Shown here: in pieces, positions 38,566 to 48,185 of the stretch
Numbering within the stretch: the stretch's first letter is position 1
Layout of the letters: every line of letters begins with the position of its first letter
Source: Gemmatimonadota bacterium
GTDB lineage: Bacteria; Gemmatimonadota; Gemmatimonadetes; Gemmatimonadales; Gemmatimonadaceae
Length of the DNA stretch: 64,000 bases
Direction: 5' to 3'
NCBI GenBank assembly: GCA_040389905.1
Contig: JAZJZK010000023.1
Span: 1 to 64,000 of the forward strand
Notes under the pieces: generated by a model
Told to the model about the DNA's origin: nothing
What the model saw: the letters and a program-made list of their open reading frames with translations, nothing else
Database searches by the model: none
Made by a program: the position numbers and the translations under genes

Positions 38566-41079
38566 ATGACAGACTTTGCACCATCGCAAAATCCCGGAGA
38601 CACTCCGGTCAGCTACGATCCTGCGGCCATCGAGCGAAAGTGGCAGGCGCGCTGGGACTCGCAAGGGACCAATTCACCGGATCTCGCGAAAGCGGCGCAG
38701 CCGTACTATGCGCTGATGATGTTTCCCTACCCGAGCGCGGAGGGACTGCACGTCGGCAATCTCTTCGCGTTCACCGGCTGCGACATCCATGGACGATTCC
38801 AGCGGTTACAGGGGCACACGGTTTTCGAGCCCTTCGGCTACGACGCCTTCGGCATCCACTCCGAGAACTACGCGATCAAGGTCGGCGTCCACCCTGCCGA
38901 GTTGATCCCGAAGAACATCGACAATTTCCGCCGCCAGTTGTTGCGCGCCGGATTGATGATCGATTGGCGACACGAGCTCTCCACGACCGATCCATCTTAC
39001 TACAAATGGACGCAGTGGGTATTCCTCCAGCTCTACAAGCAGGGTCTGGCGTACAAGAAGAAGGCAGCCGTCAACTGGTGCCCCTTCGACAAGACGGTGC
39101 TGGCCAATGAGCAGGTGCAAGGCGGGCTCTGCGAGCGCTGCGGTACCGCGGTCGAGCAGCGCCTGCTCGAGCAGTGGTTTTTTCGCATCACGGACTACGC
39201 CGAACGGCTGCTGAACAACCTCGATGGGCTGGATTGGTCGGAGAGCACCAAGACGGCGCAGCGCAACTGGATCGGCAAGTCAGAAGGCGCCGAGATCACC
39301 TTTGCCGTGCAGGACGTCCTGGAGTTTGCTGGGAGCGCCACCGCCAGCGCCGGCGTGTCACAGGAGTTTTCCGTTTTGCCGACGGAGATCAGGGTCTTCA
39401 CGACGCGTCCGGACACGATCTTCGGGGCCACGTATCTCGTCTTGTCTCCAGAGCATCCGCTCGTCGACACCATTACCAGCGACGACGAGCGCGATAGCGT
39501 GGCGGCATACGTCGCGTTGGCGTCGAAGCAGGATCTGGTCAGCCGCAAGACGAGCAAGGAAAAGACGGGCGTCTTCACTGGAGCGTACGCGACCAATCCG
39601 GGCACGGGTCACCCGATCCCGATCTGGATCGCGGACTATGTGTTGATGGAGTACGGCACCGGTGCGATCATGGCCGTTCCCGGCCACGATGAGCGCGACT
39701 TCGAATTCGCACGCCAGTACGACTTGCCGATCGTGCGCGTCGTGGCTGGTCCCGCACACACCGATCACTCGCCGCTGGGCGACGAAGCGTTCACTGAAAC
39801 AGTCGGCTGCCACTTGGTGAATTCCGGGCGCTTCAATGGACTGAGCGTTGCGGATGGAAAGGCGGCCATCGTCACCGAACTCGCCGCGCGCCACTCGGCG
39901 ACTCCAGTGGTGAACTATCGCCTGCATGACTGGTGCATTTCTCGGCAGCGGTATTGGGGTCCGCCCATTCCAATGTTGTATTGCGATTCCTGCGGCACCG
40001 TTCCGGTGCCGGAGGAGCAGCTCCCGGTTCTGTTGCCGCAGATCGAGGATTTCAAGCCGGACGACTCCGGCATCAGCCCGCTCGCGCGCCACGAGGAATG
40101 GTACATCACCAAGTGCCCGACCTGTGGGGGCGAAGCGCGTCGTGAAACCGATGTGAGTGACACCTTCCTCGACAGCGCGTGGTACTTCCTTCGTTATCCG
40201 AGCTCGGATCGCGACGACGTTCCGTTCGATTCCGAGCTCACGAAGAAGTGGCTGCCGGTCACGAGCTACATCGGCGGAAACGAGCACGCGGTGCTGCACC
40301 TGCTGTATTCGCGATTCACGACGATGGTGCTCAAGGACGCCGGATTTCTCGAATTCGAGGAGCCATACGTCAAGTTCCGCGCGCACGGGCTCATCGTGCG
40401 CGAAGGCGCGAAGATGTCCAAGAGCAAGGGCAACGTCGTCAATCCGGACGAATACATCAACGAATGGGGCGCGGATTCATTCCGCACGTACCTGATGTTC
40501 CTCGGACCGTACGAGGAAGGTGGCGACTTCCGGGACAAGGGTATTTCCGGCGTCCGCCGCTTCCTCGATCGCCTGTGGCGGTCAGCGCATGACGCACGGA
40601 GCGACGGCGCCGTCGACCCGGGTGTCGCGCGCAAGCTGCACCAGACGATCAAGAAGGTGGGCGACGACGTTCCGCGTCTGGGCTATAACACAGCGATCGC
40701 GGCGATGATGGAGTACATGAACACGATGCGCTCCGGCGAGCGGACGCCGCACGTCGACGAAGTGCGTCCGCTAGTGCAGCTGGTCAGCCCCTTTGCGCCG
40801 CACATCGCCGAGGAACTGTGGTCGGTCCTGGGCGGTACGACGTCGGTGTTCGACGCCGGATGGCCGGTGTTCGACCCATCACTGGTGGTGGAGGATCAGT
40901 TCGAGATGCCGGTGCAGGTCAACGGCAAGCGGCGCGCGGCGATCATGGTGCCGAAGGATATCACGCAGGCGGAAGCATTTGCGGTTGCGATGAAGGACGT
41001 TGGCGTCGCGAAGTTCGTCGTCTCCGAGCCGAAGAAGATCGTGTTCGTGCCCGGACGAATGCTGAATATCGTCGTCTAA
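38566..41079 (+). CDS. leuS: Leucine--tRNA ligase
   Basis: MFPYPSAEGLHVGN (HIGH), QRNWIG, FTTRPDT, GTGAIMAVPGHDERD, DWCISRQRYWG, KMSKS, VQVNGK. Confidence 0.98.
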   Translation: MTDFAPSQNPGDTPVSYDPAAIERKWQARWDSQGTNSPDLAKAAQPYYALMMFPYPSAEGLHVGNLFAFTGCDIHGRFQRLQGHTVFEPFGYDAFGIHSENYAIKVGVHPAELIPKNIDNFRRQLLRAGLMIDWRHELSTTDPSYYKWTQWVFLQLYKQGLAYKKKAAVNWCPFDKTVLANEQVQGGLCERCGTAVEQRLLEQWFFRITDYAERLLNNLDGLDWSESTKTAQRNWIGKSEGAEITFAVQDVLEFAGSATASAGVSQEFSVLPTEIRVFTTRPDTIFGATYLVLSPEHPLVDTITSDDERDSVAAYVALASKQDLVSRKTSKEKTGVFTGAYATNPGTGHPIPIWIADYVLMEYGTGAIMAVPGHDERDFEFARQYDLPIVRVVAGPAHTDHSPLGDEAFTETVGCHLVNSGRFNGLSVADGKAAIVTELAARHSATPVVNYRLHDWCISRQRYWGPPIPMLYCDSCGTVPVPEEQLPVLLPQIEDFKPDDSGISPLARHEEWYITKCPTCGGEARRETDVSDTFLDSAWYFLRYPSSDRDDVPFDSELTKKWLPVTSYIGGNEHAVLHLLYSRFTTMVLKDAGFLEFEEPYVKFRAHGLIVREGAKMSKSKGNVVNPDEYINEWGADSFRTYLMFLGPYEEGGDFRDKGISGVRRFLDRLWRSAHDARSDGAVDPGVARKLHQTIKKVGDDVPRLGYNTAIAAMMEYMNTMRSGERTPHVDEVRPLVQLVSPFAPHIAEELWSVLGGTTSVFDAGWPVFDPSLVVEDQFEMPVQVNGKRRAAIMVPKDITQAEAFAVAMKDVGVAKFVVSEPKKIVFVPGRMLNIVV

Positions 41080-41084
41080 ACGGC

Positions 41085-41405
41085 CGGGCCTGGGTCCGGG
41101 CCAACTGCAAGCTTGAGCTGGAGCCCGAGCCAACTGCGGGCTTGGCCGCGGGCTTGGGCTACGGCTTGGGCTGGGGCCTGCCAGCAGGCCGGGGCTTGGG
41201 CGGGGGCGTGCGCTCGGGCGGCGCCCGCTCACCCGGACTGCGCAGCGCCCAGCCCCCAGCCCCTGCCACGAGCGACCAGCCTGCCGGTAGGCCCAAGCCC
41301 CAGCCCTGGCCCGAGCCCACGCCCCGGCCCGCGGTTGGCCCGGGCCCGAACCCCCGCCCCCATCCTTACTTATCCGCCAGAAGAGAGCTCGGGCTCGGGC
41401 TCGGC
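41085..41405. repeat. GC-rich hexamer-based fold-back repeat
   Basis: Left half rich in gggctt/gggctg units, right half in complementary agcccc/gagccc units; e.g. gcccgagccaactgcgggc pairs with gcccgcggttggcccgggc. Confidence 0.65.
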
Positions 41406-41926
41406 TACTGCCAGGGAAGATTAGCCGCCATCGGTGCCCCGCTCTCGAGCAGCGACTTGAGATCGCTGAGGATCCATGTCCAACCGCCGCCCGCTCCCGG
41501 CCCCTGCCGATCGCCGGCGACCATGGCTGCGTGGCCTGGCGTTCCGGTGAGATCGTGGATGACGCTGAGACGGCTGACGCCGCCACGCCCTTCCTCTATT
41601 TCGTAGGTCAGGCGCGTGAACCCTTCGGCCGCCATGCTCGGGTCCATCGCCATTCGCCATGTCACCACGAGCTTGCGCGGCGGGTCTGCCTCGATGACTT
41701 CACCGTCGACGGCGACGTCAGGGGTGCCCATCGCGAGCATTCCGGCGTTCGCCTTGCCGCGGTATGCGCCGCCGGGGTGCAACTCGTACTCATCCAGCAG
41801 CCCATATCCGAAGCGCTGGGTCCATTCCGGTTTCGTGATCGCGTCCCAGATCGCCTGCGGGGTCGCCTTGATGAAGATGCGGTAGACCTGCGTCGCCGTG
41901 CCGATGTCCGGTACCGTGCTCGTCAT
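41405..41926 (-). CDS. SRPBCC / AHSA1-like domain protein
   Basis: VYRIFIKATPQAIWDAIT.P, GEVIEADPPRKLV, GGW..ILSDLKSLLE; ATGA overlap with the ArsR gene. Confidence 0.88.
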   Translation of the reverse strand: MTSTVPDIGTATQVYRIFIKATPQAIWDAITKPEWTQRFGYGLLDEYELHPGGAYRGKANAGMLAMGTPDVAVDGEVIEADPPRKLVVTWRMAMDPSMAAEGFTRLTYEIEEGRGGVSRLSVIHDLTGTPGHAAMVAGDRQGPGAGGGWTWILSDLKSLLESGAPMAANLPWQ

Positions 41927-42246
41927 GCGGAGCCCTCCTCCAATTCGTGCTTGAGGTCGATGAGTGCCGACACTCGGCGCTCGGTGAATTTGTCGATCCA
42001 TCGGTCGTGGACGAGCCGGATGGGAACGGGATTGAGATAGTGCAGCTTCTCCCGCCCCGACCGGCGCGTCACCACGAGCCCCGCGTCCTCGAGAACGCGA
42101 AGGTGTTTCATGACGCCGAAGCGCGTCATCTCCAACTCCGATTCCAGTTCGGTGAGCGTGCGGCCGTCGCGCGCAAAGAGCCGGTCGAGGAGCAGTCGTC
42201 GCGTTGGGTCCGCGAGTGCCTTGAACACGCGGTCGTCATCAGCCAT
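41923..42246 (-). CDS. ArsR/SmtB family transcriptional regulator
   Basis: FKALADPTRR, MTRFGVMKHLRVLEDAGLV, GREKLHYLNPVPI. Confidence 0.92.
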   Translation of the reverse strand: MADDDRVFKALADPTRRLLLDRLFARDGRTLTELESELEMTRFGVMKHLRVLEDAGLVVTRRSGREKLHYLNPVPIRLVHDRWIDKFTERRVSALIDLKHELEEGSA

Positions 42247-42251
42247 GCGAC

Positions 42252-42281
42252 ATAATAGGTGACTAAATAGTCACATGTCAA
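42252..42281 (-). promoter_or_regulatory. Sigma70 promoter with overlapping palindromic operator
   Basis: TTGACA (42281-42276), 18-bp spacer, TATTAT (42257-42252), ATG 5 nt later; palindrome gtgactaaatagtcac at 42259-42274. Confidence 0.75.
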
Positions 42282-42324
42282 GCCGGAACTGGCTGTCGAT
42301 TCCGGCTGAGAAGCGCTAGTGAGC

Positions 42325-42461
42325 TGTCACCCCGAGCGAGCCCATTCGACTACGCTCAGCAGGCTCCGCGAGTCGATTGGGTCTGCACCCTTGTCCTGAG
42401 CGAAGCGAAGAATCTGCACCTACCTCACAAGTGCAGATCCCTCGACTTCGCTCCGGATGAC
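42325..42461. repeat. REP-like element family A, composite copy
   Basis: tgtcaccccgagcgag...gtctgcac, then tgtcctgagcgaagcgaagaatctgcac...gtgcagatccctcgacttcgctccggatgac. Confidence 0.8.
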
Positions 42462-42492
42462 GTCGACGTCGATGTGCGACAGTCGGACGCTA

Positions 42493-43044
42493 CTAGAAGC
42501 GCACGCCGACAGTCAGAGGGATCGCCATGATCGGCTTGGCGTCCGCGAGCATGACGTGCAGCCGAACCTCAGCGATCGCCGAGAAGCCGGTCAGCGGAAT
42601 CTCGACTCCTCCACCCAGGTTGAATCCGGGCCGCGTGCCCTCGTGCGTCGCGTTGTAGATGGCGATACCACCGCTGACGAACCCCTGCGTCGTCGTCTGG
42701 TCGAGCCGGTAGATGATGGTCGAGCCGACGCTGAGAAGGTTCGACGCATCGCCGGTGCGGCCGGACTTCAGCGGAAAATGCTGAAGGGTCACTTCACCGC
42801 GAAGTGAATACGGCTGTCCGCTCACCGCATATTCGACCAGTCCACCGGCGCCATAGCCTGCGGCATGATCGTCCGAGAGCCGGCCCACCGGGATCGAAAT
42901 CGCGCCGGTGACTCCGAACAACGGCACGTAGTAGTCCGACTGCGTTCGCGGCGGAGGTGCCGTCGGCGGACCAGATTGCTGGGCTGCGGCCTCATGAAAA
43001 GAGACCGACGCTGCGAGCATGGCGAGGACGATTGGACGCATCAT
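42493..43044 (-). CDS. Small outer-membrane beta-barrel protein
   Basis: Signal peptide, alternating amphipathic strands, GFNLGGGVE, terminal Phe (VGVRF). Confidence 0.75.
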   Translation of the reverse strand: MMRPIVLAMLAASVSFHEAAAQQSGPPTAPPPRTQSDYYVPLFGVTGAISIPVGRLSDDHAAGYGAGGLVEYAVSGQPYSLRGEVTLQHFPLKSGRTGDASNLLSVGSTIIYRLDQTTTQGFVSGGIAIYNATHEGTRPGFNLGGGVEIPLTGFSAIAEVRLHVMLADAKPIMAIPLTVGVRF

Positions 43045-43095
43045 GTGCTCGAAAGGAGTTAGACGTTAATAGCTCAGAGCGGACAGCCGAGCGCG

Positions 43096-44229
43096 TTACA
43101 GCAGACCGCCGACCCAGTCGCCGACGAAATACCCCACAACCGCCACTCCGAGCCCGACGACGAACATGTCCATACCGGACCGGAAGACCGACCGCCCGGT
43201 GAACACCGATCGCGCGGCGCCGACCATCCAGTGTGAGATCATCGAGAACACGAACGAGACGATCGCCGCCGTGCGTCCCGCGAAGAGAAAGAATGGAAGC
43301 ACCGGAATGAGTGCGCCGACGGCCGTGGCCGTGCCCGTAATCCACGCCTCACGCATCGGTGAAGTCGCCGACTCGCTGATACCGAGTTCCTCCTGCACCT
43401 GCTCCGCGAGCATCTTCTCCGGATCGGCCATCACCTGGGTCGCGAGTGCGAAGGCGTGGTCGCGGTCGATGCCCTTCGCCTCATAGATGAGTGCGAGCTC
43501 GTCGCGCTCGATCTCCGGCATCAGTGCGATCTCGTCGCGCTCCATTGCGATCTCGTACGCGTAGACCTCACGCTCGCTTTGCGCCGCCAGATAGCCACTG
43601 GACCCCATCGATAATGCGTCGGCGATCAGCCCAGCCACGCCGGCCACGATGACGGCGTGATAACCCGCCACTGTCGACGCGCCGATCACGCCGGCGACCA
43701 ATCCAAAGTTGGCCGTCAGCCCGTCGTTGAAGCCGTAGACGACATTCCGGAGAAAGCCGCCAGCGCCCGTGCGGTGCCACGGCTCGCCCGTGCGGCCAGC
43801 GACATGGTTGAGTGTCGTCGCATGCTCAGCCGATTCCCGCGCCAGGAGCAACGCCTCGCTGCGGCCGGCGATTCCCTGGCCCGTCGTCCGATGCATGTCG
43901 AGGTACGCCTTGACCTCGCGTCCCTCCTCAGCAAGCAGCATCGGCAAGAGGAACCCGGGCCCGAACCATCGGCCGAGCATCGCGAGCAGGCGCGTGCGGC
44001 CGGCGGGTCGGTGTTTCCCCACCTGCCGGCCGTGTTGAGTGAGCAGGCCGGCCCAGATCTCGAGATGGCGATCTTCGACGTCAGCGAGCCGCCGGTAGAT
44101 GTCTTTCTTGGCGACGTCGGGCTCGGCGTCGGCCAGCAGCCTGTACAGATACGCCGCATCCGCCTCGTCCTGCCAATGGTGCTCGAAGGCATCGAGGTCG
44201 GGTGCCTGGGGGCGCGTCGCAGTAGCCAT
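43096..44229 (-). CDS. VIT1/CCC1 transporter with N-terminal ferritin/rubrerythrin-like domain
   Basis: N-terminal DE..AA.LY, E.RH, EE, E..H ligands; LRNVVYGFNDGL, ALSMGSSGYL; C-terminal TM helices. Confidence 0.88.
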   Translation of the reverse strand: MATATRPQAPDLDAFEHHWQDEADAAYLYRLLADAEPDVAKKDIYRRLADVEDRHLEIWAGLLTQHGRQVGKHRPAGRTRLLAMLGRWFGPGFLLPMLLAEEGREVKAYLDMHRTTGQGIAGRSEALLLARESAEHATTLNHVAGRTGEPWHRTGAGGFLRNVVYGFNDGLTANFGLVAGVIGASTVAGYHAVIVAGVAGLIADALSMGSSGYLAAQSEREVYAYEIAMERDEIALMPEIERDELALIYEAKGIDRDHAFALATQVMADPEKMLAEQVQEELGISESATSPMREAWITGTATAVGALIPVLPFFLFAGRTAAIVSFVFSMISHWMVGAARSVFTGRSVFRSGMDMFVVGLGVAVVGYFVGDWVGGLL

Positions 44230-44254
44230 GTGCCAAATATATCACAGCTCCTAA

Positions 44255-44336
44255 GTGCAGATCCCTCGACTCGCTGCGCTCGCTCGGGCTGACATCCCTC
44301 AATGCTGTCATCCGAGCGGATTCGAGGGATCCGTAC
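44255..44336. repeat. REP-like element family A arms, back-to-back
   Basis: gtgcagatccctcgactcgctgcgctcgctcgggctgaca and tgtcatccgagcggattcgagggatccgtac between divergent genes. Confidence 0.75.
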
Positions 44337-44418
44337 CTCCGCTTTTGAAGAGGCAACCATCCGAAAGGGAGGCTGTGTCTCAGGGATACTCGTTACACCG
44401 GACCAGAGGATCCCACAC

Positions 44419-45648
44419 ATGCGCTTCACCAATCTCCTAGCACTAGCCGCCGTCGCGGGCGCTACCGCGAGCACAGCCACGGCCCAGTCGTCGCGTGCCA
44501 GCACAATTGTCACTTCCCCGAGTTTTTATCGCTTCGACGCCGGTGACGATCACCGCGCTGCGCTCGGCGTATCGACGTCGACCAGCGGAACGTTGCGCGA
44601 TACACTCGGCATCCTGGTCACTGCCATCACCAAGGGCAGCCCCGCCGAGAAGGCGGGTCTCGAGGAAGGCAACCGGATTGCCGCGATCAACGGCGTAAAC
44701 CTGCGTGCAAACGCCGCGGACATCGAAGACAACGAGATGTCCAGCGCACTCACGCGCCGGCTCACACGCGAGCTCGCCAAGGTCAAGGCGGGTGACGACG
44801 TCGACCTTCGCGTGTATCGCGATGGCAAGATGCAGAACATCAAGGTCAAGACCGCAGACGCGGCCGTCTTGTTCGGCAGCGCGGATCGCGATCGCGTCTG
44901 GTCCACGGCGTCATCGGCTCGCGAAGATGCGGAAAACCGCCCGGTACTCGGCGTGCAGCTCGGCAGCACGGGCAGCCGGCGCGACACGCTCGGCGTGCTG
45001 GTCATGAGCGTGACGGACTCGTCTCCTGCGTCTCGCGCTGGGATCGAAGAGGGCAATCGCATCGCCGCGATCAACGGCGTCAACCTCCGCGTCAGCCGCG
45101 ATGATGCAGGCGACCGGTTCCTGTCGAGCAGCAAGGTAACGCGCTTGCAACGGGAAATCGGGGCCCTCAAGCCGGGTGACAACGTGACGCTGTCGGTCTA
45201 CTCGAATGGCCGCACACGCGACGTCACCATGAAGGTTGCACGCGCGGGTGATCTCCCGAAGAGCTCGGGTTTCGGCTACACCATCGTTGGCGACGGATTT
45301 GCGCCGATGCCCGCATTGCCGATGATGGCGCCAATGCCGTCGATGCCGTCGATGCCGCGCATGGCCCCGACGCCCAGGGCGCCGAGTGTCCGGTACGATT
45401 ATGAATTCTCGCCGGAGGTGCGGGAACGCCTCGAGGAAGCGCGTGTCAGGCTCGATGAGGCACGCGTCCGGATCAACGCAATTCGGCCGACGATCGATGC
45501 ACGACTCGAGCGTACGCAACCGCGCGTGCGCGTCGAGAGCGTCCGTCCGCAGATCGAGCGGACGCTCGAGAGGGCGATGCCGCGCATTCGCGTTGAGGCC
45601 CGGCCGACGGTTGCACCACGTATTCGAATCGTCAACACGACCGTCTAG
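44419..45648 (+). CDS. Exported tandem-PDZ domain protein
   Basis: Signal peptide from ATG 44419 (AGAGGA RBS); two copies of RDTLG..V......SPA..AG.EEGNRIAAINGVNLR; Pro/Met- and Arg-rich tail; no protease motif seen. Confidence 0.85.
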   Translation: MRFTNLLALAAVAGATASTATAQSSRASTIVTSPSFYRFDAGDDHRAALGVSTSTSGTLRDTLGILVTAITKGSPAEKAGLEEGNRIAAINGVNLRANAADIEDNEMSSALTRRLTRELAKVKAGDDVDLRVYRDGKMQNIKVKTADAAVLFGSADRDRVWSTASSAREDAENRPVLGVQLGSTGSRRDTLGVLVMSVTDSSPASRAGIEEGNRIAAINGVNLRVSRDDAGDRFLSSSKVTRLQREIGALKPGDNVTLSVYSNGRTRDVTMKVARAGDLPKSSGFGYTIVGDGFAPMPALPMMAPMPSMPSMPRMAPTPRAPSVRYDYEFSPEVRERLEEARVRLDEARVRINAIRPTIDARLERTQPRVRVESVRPQIERTLERAMPRIRVEARPTVAPRIRIVNTTV

Positions 45649-45727
45649 GCTATCCGCCATCCGCTATCCGCAATGCGTCGTCCGTGGTGGCGGATGACGT
45701 ACGGCGGGTAGCGGAGCGCGGATAGCC
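45648..45727. repeat. 7-bp-periodic CCGC long hairpin
   Basis: ggctatccgccatccgctatccgcaatgcgtcgtccg / cggatgacgtacggcgggtagcggagcgcggatagcc directly after the stop codon. Confidence 0.7.
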
Positions 45728-45818
45728 CGCGCCGTCGGCGTCCAATGCGCGAGGACTGGCGCCGGCGGCGGCAGGGGGACAGGATTGGAACGTCAGCTGT
45801 TCGCTTTCCCCCTTTGCG

Positions 45819-46538
45819 ATGTTGGCCCCCCGCGTGCCGCCAGCCCAGGAGTCGGTTCTCATCATCGACGACGCGCCCGAGATTCGGCGCGTCATACGAA
45901 ATGCACTTGCGGGCGGGCACTTGCGGGTGATGGAGGCGGGCACCGCGGCCGATGGGATCGACCTTGCGGCCGCCGAGCAACCAACACTGGTGATCCTGGA
46001 TCTCGGCCTTCCGGATCGGGATGGTCTCGCCGTCTGTCAGGAACTGCGGGGATTTTCGTCGGTGCCGATCATCGTCCTGTCCGCGCGTCATTCGGATGCG
46101 GAAAAGGAGAGGCTCCTCGACGCCGGCGCTGACGACTATGTCACGAAGCCGTTCAGCACCGTGGAATTGACCGCGCGCATCCGCGCACAGTTGCGGCGCG
46201 CCGCCGACCGATCGACTGGCTCGGCGAAGCCGGGAATCGTGGAAGCGCACGGTGTGCGCATCGACCTGGTTGGACGTACCGTGCTGCGGGACGGACGCGA
46301 CGTGCACCTGACACCCACTGAATGGGCACTGCTTCGCGCACTCGTCGCGAATGCTGGGAAGACACTCACCCATGCGCAGCTCTTCGCGGCGGTGTGGTCG
46401 AACAGCAGCGGAGACCCGCAACAGTATCTGCGCGTATACATCGGACAGCTCCGCCGTAAACTCGAAGCGGACCCGGTGAGGCCGCGCCTCATCAGGACCG
46501 AATCGGCCGTCGGCTATCGTTTCGTTGCCGGTGCGTGA
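45819..46538 (+). CDS. kdpE: OmpR-family response regulator KdpE
   Basis: IIDD, LDLGLPD, GADDYVTKPF, HLTPTE, YLRVYIGQLRRKLE.DP.RP; context next to kdp. Confidence 0.9.
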   Translation: MLAPRVPPAQESVLIIDDAPEIRRVIRNALAGGHLRVMEAGTAADGIDLAAAEQPTLVILDLGLPDRDGLAVCQELRGFSSVPIIVLSARHSDAEKERLLDAGADDYVTKPFSTVELTARIRAQLRRAADRSTGSAKPGIVEAHGVRIDLVGRTVLRDGRDVHLTPTEWALLRALVANAGKTLTHAQLFAAVWSNSSGDPQQYLRVYIGQLRRKLEADPVRPRLIRTESAVGYRFVAGA

Positions 46539-46562
46539 TTCCGTGCCAAGACGAGCGCTCCC

Positions 46563-48110
46563 ATGAGCCCCTCTGTGACCCGACGCTGGCTCCTCTGGTT
46601 CAGTGTGCTCGCCGTCACCGCCGTTGCGTTACTGGCCGGTAGGGCCCGGTTGGACAAGTCGCACGTCGCGCTCGCATTTCTCCTGGTGGTGCTTGCGGGG
46701 AGTGCGGCGGAGGGACGCGCACTCGGCGTGTCGCTCGCCGCAGTGGCGTTCATGGCGTTCAACTGGTTCTTCCTCAGGCCGTACAACACATTCGTCATAA
46801 CCGATCCCCTCGATTGGCTGGTATTGCTCGCGTTTCTCATCACCGGCGTCGTCGCCGCCGAACTTCTGGAGCGTCAGCGGAGAGCCACCTCGCGCGCCGA
46901 GCAGCGCGCCGCTGAAATCGACCGCCTCGCAATCCTCGGCGCTCGCACGCTCACGGCGCCGCGAGCGGAGGACGCGCTCGATGCCATTGCAACCGTGATT
47001 CGGGAAGCGATGCTGGCTGAGCGATGCGAGATCTTTTCCTGGGATCACGCCGCGGGACTGCGGCTTGCGGGCCGATCGCCGAATGCGGAGTGGGGCGACG
47101 AACATGCAGAGCTGCTCACATACACGGTTGAGCACAGCGAGCCGGCGGCACAGCGCGCTGACGGAACGCTGTCGATTCTGAGCGATGTGTTGACTACGGC
47201 AAGCGACGAGACCTCGCGCGCCCCCGTTCTCGCGGACCTCCTCGCGCTCGGCATTCCTCTCAGCGTGCAAGGGCGAGTTGTCGGCGCGTTGCGATTGTCG
47301 TCATCGCAACCATTCGGCGTGTCCGACGATCAACGGCGCGTCCTGCGGGCGCTCTCGTACTATGCGGCGCTTGGCGTCGAGCGGGTGCGTCTCGCGACCG
47401 CCGAGCAGGAAGCTGACGGTCTGCGGCGCGCCGACCGCTTCAAGGATGCACTGTTGGCGGCGGTGTCGCATGACCTGCGCACACCGTTGACCGCCATCAA
47501 AGGTATCGCGAACGAGGTGTGGCGCGGGGGTGATCCCATGCGTGCGCAGGTGATCGAGGAGGAAGCCGATCGCCTGGCCATCATGGTCAACGAGTTGTTG
47601 GAGCTGTCGCAGATCAATGCGGGCGTCCTCAAGATGGACATCGAGCTGAACGCGGTCGATGATGTTGTCGGCGTCGCCCTCGAGCGGGTGGAATCGGCGC
47701 ACGGCGCCCAGCGTATCACGGTACGCATCGCACATGACGACGCGATTCTCGTTGGCGAATTCGACTTTACGCACACGGTGCGGGCGCTGACGAATCTCCT
47801 GGAGAATGCGATCAAGTATGGGGCGCCGAATGCCGCGGTCATACTCGCGGTGGAGCAGAAGGGCGACCGACTCTCGTTTTCAATCGAGGACAGCGGACCA
47901 GGCGTACCATCGGGTGACGAGGAGCGCATCTTCCAGCCCTTCTACCGGAGTGCGACGGTGCCCGATTCGGTGCGCGGTACAGGTCTCGGCCTCTCGATTG
48001 CGCGCCAGCTTGTCGAAGCACAAGGCGGCACTCTGAGGTATGAGCGCCGAGAAAGCGGGGGAAGCCGCTTTGTTGTGGAGCTCCCATCCGCGACGGTACC
48101 GAGTCTGTAG
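46563..48110 (+). CDS. kdpD: KdpD C-terminal part: 4-TM DUF4118, GAF, histidine kinase
   Basis: AFNWFFLRPYNTF, SHDLRTPL, NLLENAIKY, DSGPG, FQPFY, GTGLGL; lacks the N-terminal KdpD and Usp domains. Confidence 0.88.
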   Translation: MSPSVTRRWLLWFSVLAVTAVALLAGRARLDKSHVALAFLLVVLAGSAAEGRALGVSLAAVAFMAFNWFFLRPYNTFVITDPLDWLVLLAFLITGVVAAELLERQRRATSRAEQRAAEIDRLAILGARTLTAPRAEDALDAIATVIREAMLAERCEIFSWDHAAGLRLAGRSPNAEWGDEHAELLTYTVEHSEPAAQRADGTLSILSDVLTTASDETSRAPVLADLLALGIPLSVQGRVVGALRLSSSQPFGVSDDQRRVLRALSYYAALGVERVRLATAEQEADGLRRADRFKDALLAAVSHDLRTPLTAIKGIANEVWRGGDPMRAQVIEEEADRLAIMVNELLELSQINAGVLKMDIELNAVDDVVGVALERVESAHGAQRITVRIAHDDAILVGEFDFTHTVRALTNLLENAIKYGAPNAAVILAVEQKGDRLSFSIEDSGPGVPSGDEERIFQPFYRSATVPDSVRGTGLGLSIARQLVEAQGGTLRYERRESGGSRFVVELPSATVPSL

Positions 48111-48135
48111 CGAGCTCGGCTACGGTCCCGCGATC

Positions 48136-48185
48136 CTTGTAAAACTCTTATGTCGGAGGGCCGCATCTGGAATGCGGCCCTTATG
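48136..48185 (+). promoter_or_regulatory. Candidate KdpE-binding repeats and hairpin upstream of kdpF
   Basis: cttgta (48136), cttatg (48147) and cttatg (48180) in 11-bp phase; 10-bp perfect stem agggccgcat/atgcggccct at 48157-48181. Confidence 0.4.

Noticed and set aside
44302..44418. Track N-terminal extensions (PDZ 44302, kdpC 52368, porin 52867, dacB 20042, SRPBCC 42001, 21723)
   Set aside because: Downstream starts have an RBS, stop-start overlap or signal peptide; the extensions run through repeats or neighbouring genes.
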